Source: Candidatus Amesbacteria bacterium GW2011_GWB1_47_19 (GTDB lineage: Bacteria; Patescibacteriota; Microgenomatia; CAZETR01; Amesbacteraceae). From it: 64,000 bases of DNA. The stretch spans positions 26,763 through 90,762 of the forward strand of contig LCNZ01000007.1 of NCBI GenBank assembly GCA_001002325.1, read 5' to 3'. Below, piece by piece: positions 37,419 to 44,182 of the stretch (within the stretch, counting starts at the first letter, position 1; every line of letters starts with the position of its first letter). The position numbers and the translations under genes were made by a program. A model generated the notes under the pieces. That model did no database searches, was not told where the DNA came from, and worked only from the letters and a program-made list of their open reading frames with translations.

Positions 37419-38294
37419 TTACAGTTCTAGGAGGCGGGTGGTGGATTCGGTGACGTCGACGGTAATGTGGTCCAGATATTTCTGAGTGGAAGAGAGGCGG
37501 CGATGGCCGACGTGTTTGTGGACTATTTCCGGCTCCACGCCGTGCTTCAACTGGTGGGCGATAAAAGTGTGACGCAGATCATTGATTTTGGCATCTTTGA
37601 CACCGGCTTTGTGGAAATAGCGGCCAATGGCGGTGCGGATGTTTCTGACTAACAGCGGGCGTCCGGTTTTGGTAACAAACAGGTGGGGGTCGACGACTTT
37701 GGGGCGGATGGCCAGGTAATTGGTAACGGCTGAAATAGCCGGGCGGTTGAGAAAAATGTCCCGGGCGGGATTGTTTTCCAGAGACTGGATGTGGACTTCG
37801 GCCTTTTTGAGATCATCCACCCGGAGACTGGCCAGCTCCGATATGCGCATACCCGTTTGGAGGAGCAGCTCAATAATGGTGGAGATACGGATATCCAGAC
37901 GGGCGGCGTCGCGGAGGTTTCTGACTTCGGCGGGGGAAAGGAAGCGCGGAGGTTTGGTGTCGTACTTGGGGTGGATCAGGGGATGGGCGGGATTTTCGGT
38001 GACAATATCCTGATTCTGGAGGAATTTAAAAAAGGTTTTCAGAGAATTGATCTTGCGGCTGACGCTCTTTGGAGTGTAGTTTTTTGAGGCCAGATCCTGA
38101 ATGTAGCCTTCCAGATGTTCGGTACGCACGGTCGTAGCCTGGGTAATGCGATGGCTGTCCAGGTGTTTTCGGAGCTGCTGCAGGTCGCTGCCGTAAGCGG
38201 TGGTGGTAGCCGAGGATCGTTTTTGAGTTCGGAGGTGGGCCAGGAACTTCTCCAGGGCAGTCGTAAAACTTACCGGCTGGGGTAAATCTGTCAT
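37419..38294 (-). CDS. XerC/XerD-like tyrosine recombinase with non-canonical catalytic motifs
   Basis: SAM-like N domain; TGMRISEL, NDLRHTF and GH...STQKY. Confidence 0.88.
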   Translation of the reverse strand: MTDLPQPVSFTTALEKFLAHLRTQKRSSATTTAYGSDLQQLRKHLDSHRITQATTVRTEHLEGYIQDLASKNYTPKSVSRKINSLKTFFKFLQNQDIVTENPAHPLIHPKYDTKPPRFLSPAEVRNLRDAARLDIRISTIIELLLQTGMRISELASLRVDDLKKAEVHIQSLENNPARDIFLNRPAISAVTNYLAIRPKVVDPHLFVTKTGRPLLVRNIRTAIGRYFHKAGVKDAKINDLRHTFIAHQLKHGVEPEIVHKHVGHRRLSSTQKYLDHITVDVTESTTRLLEL

Positions 38295-38378
38295 ATCTTA
38301 AGTCCCATAGTATGAGACTACAGGTCTATTTTACGCTAAATTAAGCTATTGTAAAGAGGGCTGTGGTAAATTAAGACT

Positions 38379-38753
38379 ATGCGTAAATCCGGGTGGAAAG
38401 GATGGATCCTGATAATTCTGGGTTCGGTGACAGCCGTGAGAACGGGGATGAATGTTTACAGACTGTGGCAGAGAGGGGGGAGAGTGGGTGAAACCAGGCA
38501 ACAGCTGGAGGCGGCGAAGGCGGAGAACCGGAGATTGCAGACGAAGCTGGAGGAGGTGCAGACTGATGAATTCGTCGAAAAGGAAGCCCGTGAGAAACTG
38601 GGGTACGGGAGGGAAGGTGAGACGGTTCTTATTTTGCCAAAACAGGATAATGCTCAGGGGCCAGTCATGCCTGCCGGCAGGCAGGTGCTCAGTACTCAGG
38701 AACCGGAAATTCCCAATTGGAGGAAGTGGTGGAAGCTGTATGTGAGGTTATAG
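38379..38753 (+). CDS. Septum formation initiator family (FtsB/DivIC-like)
   Basis: TM, coiled coil, EKEAREKLG..REGE. Confidence 0.85.
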   Translation: MRKSGWKGWILIILGSVTAVRTGMNVYRLWQRGGRVGETRQQLEAAKAENRRLQTKLEEVQTDEFVEKEAREKLGYGREGETVLILPKQDNAQGPVMPAGRQVLSTQEPEIPNWRKWWKLYVRL

Positions 38754-38791
38754 GGACTAGGTTCTAGGTATTAGGCATGGGACGCTGAGCG

Positions 38792-38867
38792 TGGTGGCTA
38801 CGGCTGGATTCGGACCAGCGATCCCTTGTTTATGATACAAGTGCTTTAACCACTAAGCTACGTAGCC
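38792..38867 (-). tRNA. tRNA-Met (CAU), elongator-like
   Basis: GGCTACG/CGTAGCC-A-CCA; anticodon arm CTTGT-AT-CAT-AA-ACAAG. Confidence 0.93.
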
Positions 38868-39541
38868 AAGGTTTTTGCGAGACCATGTATCTCGCCGAGG
38901 ATTTTATAATAGATTCTGGCTGGCCGTTTAACTCTAATTGATAATGTGCCGTAGTGATCGTTAAAATTTTCAAAATCTTTTTTAAGTGGGTATTTTTTGA
39001 AGCTGGTTTTGGTAAAACTTTCGAGAGGAATTCCTGTTTGACTTGACCAATATTTTTTTACTATACCCTCTCGAATTTTATGAGTTTCGTTGATACCCAC
39101 ATAGCAAGATAATTCTTGCTTAGGTATTCGATAGCTCGATTTGAGCCAATTTATGTATGATTTTATCATTAGGGGATCAGAGTTGCATAGTTCTATTCTT
39201 CTTGCCTTTTTCGTTCCCTCGGACCAGTAGAGGCAAATCCCTGCGATTTTCCTTTCTTTGATTGACAGCCGACGAAACTCTTTTTCTCCATCATGGTTAT
39301 GTTTATTAATGAGTTCCAGCCTTCTCCTTTTCAAGATGAGGGAGTTCTTAAGACGGGCTTTATTTGATGCGGATATTTGGTCTGATTTGAGTTTATCTAC
39401 TTGCTCGGGTGAAAGAATAATATGTCTTGTCCATAGACTGGCAGTGCTTTTGGCCACATTAAGTGCTTTAGCAATATTTCTCACACTTGTTCCAGAAGTT
39501 CTTAATTTAATAGCCTCTATTCGTAAGGAACTCTTTGACAT
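38858..39541 (-). CDS. HTH plus single LAGLIDADG-like domain protein
   Basis: N-terminal HTH (SVRNIAKALNVAKSTASLW); AGICLYWSEG, NSDP, YWS and YGTL motifs. Confidence 0.8.
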   Translation of the reverse strand: MSKSSLRIEAIKLRTSGTSVRNIAKALNVAKSTASLWTRHIILSPEQVDKLKSDQISASNKARLKNSLILKRRRLELINKHNHDGEKEFRRLSIKERKIAGICLYWSEGTKKARRIELCNSDPLMIKSYINWLKSSYRIPKQELSCYVGINETHKIREGIVKKYWSSQTGIPLESFTKTSFKKYPLKKDFENFNDHYGTLSIRVKRPARIYYKILGEIHGLAKTLAT

Positions 39542-39680
39542 CTATAGATATCATATTATTCGGTTTTTGTTTGGTTTGTCAAGAGTACTTTATTATTTAT
39601 TATTGAGCTACGCAGCCTCGAGAGCATTTTACCAAAAATCCGCTTTTGACTGGATGAGATCAGGACGGTTCTTCTAATAA

Positions 39681-40355
39681 CTAGTTATATTTTACTGCCA
39701 TAATTAGTCCTTTTATTTTCCTTAAAAGATCAGTACTTTTGAGAATCCTAATTCTCAATGTCCCAAAATAATTTTCCGGATGGTCATATGTTTTTTTCCA
39801 GGAGGTCTTTTGAAAAAAAGGTTTATAAAATTGGGTATTGGGGATACTAGTAATTTCCGACCAATACTTTTCGATTTCTTCAACCCGATGACTATGAGAT
39901 TCATTTATTCCGACCCTTAATCTGATTAAGTCTTTGGAAACAGATAGGGAATTGATTAACCATTCAATAATAAAGTTGATCATTTCCGGATCAGAATTGG
40001 CAAATCCGGCCATTTTGTCCTTCTTGAATCCCTCCGCCCAATATAAAGCAGTCCCTGCCAGAAGTTTTTCTCTGGCGCTCAGGTTAATTAGCATGTTTTT
40101 CGCTTCTGATCTGATTAGTTTTTCTTTGGTAAGTCTATACGCTTGTTGTTTTAGAGCATAAGAGAGTCTTCTTCCATAGTACGGATCCCTAGAGTTTTTC
40201 TCTAACTGAGATATTTGTTCAGGAGTGAGCTTAATATCTCTGCACCATAAACTGGCTGTACTGGTAGAGACAGCAAGATCCCGTGCAATTTCTTTGATAC
40301 TTTTCCCTTCGGATCTGAGATGCCTGGCTTCAGTCTTTTGTCTGGTTTTTGCCAT
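39681..40355 (-). CDS. HTH plus single LAGLIDADG-like domain protein (paralog)
   Basis: SIKEIARDLAVSTSTASLW; AGTALYWAEG, NSDP, YWS and FGTL motifs. Confidence 0.8.
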   Translation of the reverse strand: MAKTRQKTEARHLRSEGKSIKEIARDLAVSTSTASLWCRDIKLTPEQISQLEKNSRDPYYGRRLSYALKQQAYRLTKEKLIRSEAKNMLINLSAREKLLAGTALYWAEGFKKDKMAGFANSDPEMINFIIEWLINSLSVSKDLIRLRVGINESHSHRVEEIEKYWSEITSIPNTQFYKPFFQKTSWKKTYDHPENYFGTLRIRILKSTDLLRKIKGLIMAVKYN

Positions 40356-40373
40356 GGTAGAACTAACATACCT

Positions 40374-40402
40374 ATTATCAGATATCGTTTTATTATTGTC
40401 AA
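40374..40402 (-). promoter_or_regulatory. Sigma70-type promoter of the 39681-40355 gene
   Basis: TTGACA-17 nt-GATAAT on the minus strand. Confidence 0.65.
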
Positions 40403-40448
40403 ACCAGCTTCTGGATGATATGATTTGTGAGTTCTTTTATAAGGCGCG

Positions 40449-40711
40449 TGCGGGGTAGTGTAGAGCTGCACGGAAGGCTAGTAGTATGGGCCCCGCCGGT
40501 AGTAATACCGGTGCGCAAACTTGGCTATATCGGTGGACATCCTGAGCTTGTCGAAGGACAATACCGAGGCAACCTCGAAAGAGAGAGTCCGTAGAGACTA
40601 CACGCCAAGCACCCCGACGTTATGTCGGGGTGATGATATAGTCCGACTCCCCGAGTAATCGGGGTCAGAATGCATAATCTTCCAGACCGGGCGCGACTCC
40701 CGGCCCCGCAA
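40449..40711 (+). tRNA. Intron-containing tRNA with CAU anticodon, probably initiator Met; exons 40449-40479 and 40673-40711
   Basis: Joined exons give TGCGGGG/CCCCGCA-A, anticodon arm GAAGG-CT^CAT-AA-TCTTC and T stem CCGGG/CCCGG. Confidence 0.85.
40480..40672 (+). ncRNA. Group I self-splicing intron (193 nt)
   Basis: Follows U33 and ends in G. P1 GGCT/GGCC with U.G, P10 TATG/CATA, P3 CTTGGC/GCCAAG, P7 GAGACTA/TAGTCC with J8/7 GATGATA. Confidence 0.92.
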
Positions 40712-40783
40712 CACATTTTTTGATCTTCTTGTATTTCGTGGTATAGTCAATTTCCGCTTTCCGGCTGCGATATAATTCCGGTA

Positions 40784-41083
40784 ATGACCACTGAAATCAG
40801 GTTAAGAAAACTGACAGACGGGCTTCCACAGGGAACCCCGATAAATATCAGCCCCGATTTGCATCGGTTGCATAGGGAGTTACATCAGGCTGCAATCTCA
40901 GAGGAGAAAACGCCATACTCTCAGGAGGCTTTGGTTATTTACTTTGGTTTGCTTACCCAGGCTGAGAAGCATTTTTTTGCGGAGTGGAGCGGACAGGTGT
41001 TAAGTATAGTGCTGGATATATATTGTGAACACAATCCGCCGGGGGCGATAAAGCATCCGATGAAAGATCTCAGGTTGGGGTAG
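40784..41083 (+). CDS. Hypothetical protein
   Basis: ORF with TATAAT 7 nt before the ATG. Confidence 0.6.
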   Translation: MTTEIRLRKLTDGLPQGTPINISPDLHRLHRELHQAAISEEKTPYSQEALVIYFGLLTQAEKHFFAEWSGQVLSIVLDIYCEHNPPGAIKHPMKDLRLG

Positions 41084-41116
41084 AATCGAAGACTAAACCT
41101 ATAGTATAATGTAAGG

Positions 41117-41968
41117 ATGAATCATCATGAGGGGAGGAGGGCTTTCTTGGCATTAGTAGTAACTTCACCTTTCTGGTGTACCATGTTTTACCTGGGTATT
41201 CGTGGTGTGTTGACTATGGAACCGAAGGAGGACGTGCCGGGAAGTGAGCGATCAGGGATGCAAGAGCCGCCAAATGTGGGCGAAGAGGCCATACCTGTAC
41301 CTGATTTGAAGATGAATATTCCCGACGGGTATAGGGGTGAGAGTATCGGGCCCGGAGTTGAGATGTATAAAAACGGACAGGAGTGGGTGCAAGTCGTGGA
41401 TTTGGAGAAGGCTAAGTTGGTGGTGGTTGATTCTGAAAAAGGATGGAAAAAGCCTGATTGGTTTTGGAGTAAATTTAAGAAAAAGTATAAAGGCAGAGCG
41501 ACCAGTTTGTTCGGAGCTGTCCATTATGCCGAAGGCAGGTTACAATTCGGGCTTCGGGACGGAGAAGAGATTTGGAATAGAGAAATTGACAGTGGGCTAG
41601 CCGGACAGAGAATGCTGTCTATTGAAGGAAACTATGCGAAAGTGGGGGGATATGACAAGGATAAACTGGACGGGGATGAAGGTGTGGTTATCGGAGGTGA
41701 AGGGATAGAGAAATCGAACAGGGAATGGAATAAGCGGCGGGCCAGGACGATTTTGACTGCGGATGAGACGGGACGGAAGTTATTGGTGATGGTTTTTGCC
41801 GGTGCGACCAGAGAAGACGTAATCAAGGTACTGAAAAAATGGGGAATTGCCGAGGCGAACGCCATAAATATCCAGGGAGGAACATTTACGGAATTGAGAG
41901 TAAGGGGGAACGAGCTGCTAGGGTATGGTGAGGACGTGACTTTAATGCTGGGTATAGTAGAAAGATAG
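41117..41968 (+). CDS. Membrane-anchored protein, weakly similar to the phosphodiester glycosidase family
   Basis: ARTIL...LLVMV...AINIQGG (cf. AxNLDGG). Confidence 0.55.
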   Translation: MNHHEGRRAFLALVVTSPFWCTMFYLGIRGVLTMEPKEDVPGSERSGMQEPPNVGEEAIPVPDLKMNIPDGYRGESIGPGVEMYKNGQEWVQVVDLEKAKLVVVDSEKGWKKPDWFWSKFKKKYKGRATSLFGAVHYAEGRLQFGLRDGEEIWNREIDSGLAGQRMLSIEGNYAKVGGYDKDKLDGDEGVVIGGEGIEKSNREWNKRRARTILTADETGRKLLVMVFAGATREDVIKVLKKWGIAEANAINIQGGTFTELRVRGNELLGYGEDVTLMLGIVER

Positions 41969-41971
41969 ATT

Positions 41972-42637
41972 ATGATAGAAGATTTATTGAGAACAGAATC
42001 ACGACTGGTAGGGGCTAAATATCTGAAGAGTTTGGAAAAAAGGAGAGTCGATAGGACTATGGCGGGATTATTTACCATACCGGCAATTGCGGCTTTGGGT
42101 CTTGCTATTCCGGTATGGTTGGAAGATGGACAAAATCCAATGGTGGATGCAGGGGGAATGCGTGAGGGGCGATGGGCGCCTTTGTGGAAAGTGAGGACAA
42201 TGATACCCGGAGCGCAAGAATTGGAGTCTAAAATTACAGGAGGCCGGCCGTTACTTGAAGTAAAGAGTGACTGTGACCCAAGGGTAACCAAGACAGGAAG
42301 AGTAATAAGGAAAACTACCCTGGATGAATTACCCCAAGTATTTGCAGTGTGGGCAGGGAAATGTCATTTTGTAGGGCCACGAGTTCCGGCGATTACCGAA
42401 TGGGAATGGATAATAAAGCATGGCAATACCGGAGTTTATCGGGAATATTTAGAGAAGGTCAGAGACGGATTGGGATTCGGGGCGGTCGGTATGTACATGG
42501 CAATAAACCGGGGGATGCAGGATTTTGAACAGAGGCTGGAATTGGATGTTCTCTATTGGGAAAAGGCCAGTGCAGCTGCAGATTGGAGAATACTGGGGGC
42601 AGCAATGTTGGGAATAATTAAGTCCAGAGGAAAGTAG
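41972..42637 (+). CDS. Polyprenyl phosphoglycosyl transferase (sugar transferase)
   Basis: KVRTM, DPRVTKTG..IRK..LDELPQ and VGPR motifs. Confidence 0.88.
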   Translation: MIEDLLRTESRLVGAKYLKSLEKRRVDRTMAGLFTIPAIAALGLAIPVWLEDGQNPMVDAGGMREGRWAPLWKVRTMIPGAQELESKITGGRPLLEVKSDCDPRVTKTGRVIRKTTLDELPQVFAVWAGKCHFVGPRVPAITEWEWIIKHGNTGVYREYLEKVRDGLGFGAVGMYMAINRGMQDFEQRLELDVLYWEKASAAADWRILGAAMLGIIKSRGK

Positions 42638-42696
42638 AGATGTTTGGTTTTAAAGTGAGTCTAAGAAAGATAAAGGAATAGAGATATAATCGGGGT

Positions 42697-43680
42697 ATGA
42701 AGAAAAGGATATTGGCGGGGATGAGGGCGGTGGCGCGACCGCACCTAGGGAATTACCTAGGAGCGGGGAAGGGTATGGTGCAGCTACAAGAGCGGGCAGA
42801 ATATGAAACTTTTTATATGGTGGCAGACCTGCATACTCTGACAACACCCTATGACAAAGACTATTTGGCCGGATTGACCAAAGATGTAGTGATGGATTAT
42901 CTGGCGATGGGGCTGGATCCGGAGAAATCGGTATTGTTTGTACAATCACATGTTCCGCAGCACACGGAACTGGCTTATTTGTTGTCCACAGTGACTACGG
43001 TAGCCAAGATGTCGCACCTGCCGACTTATAAGGAAAAAATCAAAGAATATCCGCAGCATTCCACTATGGCTTTATTGAATTATCCGGTACTGATGGCGGC
43101 GGATATTTTGATTTATAAAGCCGAGAAGGTACCGGTGGGAGTAGACCAGGAACCGCATCTGGAAATAGCCCGGGAAATTGCCCGGAGAATGAACGCCGAT
43201 TACGGGACGGATTTTCCGGAACCAAAAATGTTCGGAACCAAAGGGGCTTACGTACCATCTCTTTTAGGTGAGGGGAAAATGAGCAAATCGGTGGGAGGAA
43301 GTTATATTGCTCTGACGGATGATTTGCAGATGATAAGCGCAAAACTGGCAAAAGCACCTACTGATGCAGGAGGCCCGGGGGAGGTACCAATAACCGGACC
43401 AGTAGCAAATCTGTTTAAATTCTTGGAGTTGTTTTTGCCCAATAGACTGGAGTATTACGGTGAAGCCTACCGGCAGGGGAAATTGAGATATGCGGAATTA
43501 AAGGAGGAATTGGCGCGGGCGATTTATGGGGAAATCAGGCCGATACAGGAGCGCAGAGAACAGTTCAAGTCCAAGTCTGAGATGGTCGATGAAATAATCC
43601 ATGAAGGGGCGAGAAAGGCCAAAGAGGCGGCTGGGAAGACATTGCAGGAAGTGAAGGAGAAAATGGGATTATTGGTGTAA
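42697..43680 (+). CDS. trpS: Tryptophan--tRNA ligase
   Basis: HLGNYLG, YPVLMAADIL, VPVGVDQ and KMSKS motifs. Confidence 0.97.
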   Translation: MKKRILAGMRAVARPHLGNYLGAGKGMVQLQERAEYETFYMVADLHTLTTPYDKDYLAGLTKDVVMDYLAMGLDPEKSVLFVQSHVPQHTELAYLLSTVTTVAKMSHLPTYKEKIKEYPQHSTMALLNYPVLMAADILIYKAEKVPVGVDQEPHLEIAREIARRMNADYGTDFPEPKMFGTKGAYVPSLLGEGKMSKSVGGSYIALTDDLQMISAKLAKAPTDAGGPGEVPITGPVANLFKFLELFLPNRLEYYGEAYRQGKLRYAELKEELARAIYGEIRPIQERREQFKSKSEMVDEIIHEGARKAKEAAGKTLQEVKEKMGLLV

Positions 43681-43702
43681 GGAAAATTGTTATAATTTCC
43701 AA

Positions 43703-44026
43703 ATGATTACGATTGATGATTTTGCAAAAATTGAAATCAGTGTGGGGTTGGTGGTGGAGGCGATGAATCAGGAAGGCAGTGAGAAATTAATTAAGTTAAC
43801 AGTGGATGTAGGTGAGGAAGTACCGCGAATTATCTTTACTGCGGTGAGGGGGTATGGGTATACGCCGGAAGATTTTGCCGGGAAAAAATTTCTGTTTGTA
43901 ACAAACCTGGAACCGAAAAAAATTATGGATAAGGAGAGCCAGGGGATGATATTGGCGGTAGATTCCGAGGGGAAACCATTGTTTGTCAGCGCAGACAGAC
44001 TGCCGGTTGGAAGTAAAGTAAGGTAG
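43703..44026 (+). CDS. tRNA-binding OB-fold protein (MetRS C-terminal/CsaA-like)
   Basis: ITIDDFAK and NLEPKKIM..ESQGMILA motifs. Confidence 0.88.
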   Translation: MITIDDFAKIEISVGLVVEAMNQEGSEKLIKLTVDVGEEVPRIIFTAVRGYGYTPEDFAGKKFLFVTNLEPKKIMDKESQGMILAVDSEGKPLFVSADRLPVGSKVR

Positions 44027-44182
44027 TTAGGGATTAGGTTTTAGGTTCTAGTGATTAGAAATTGGGAGACTTAGCGATTTGCCAGCTCGGCTTTCATATG
44101 ATTTGGTGCTTAAGGTTTTTATAAATCATGAGAAATCCGGAAAGTGGCGGGGAGGGTTAATTTAGAGTAAAATCTGGCGGTT

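Noticed and set aside
36945-40711. Integrative element at tRNA-Ile using the tyrosine recombinase
   Set aside because: No duplicated tRNA 3' end (att) was seen. The recombinase is Xer-sized and neighbours are housekeeping genes (FtsB-like, tRNAs).
44081-44148. Imperfect hairpin upstream of ftsH
   Set aside because: Pairing is modest and AT-rich; it cannot be distinguished from a terminator-like or chance structure.
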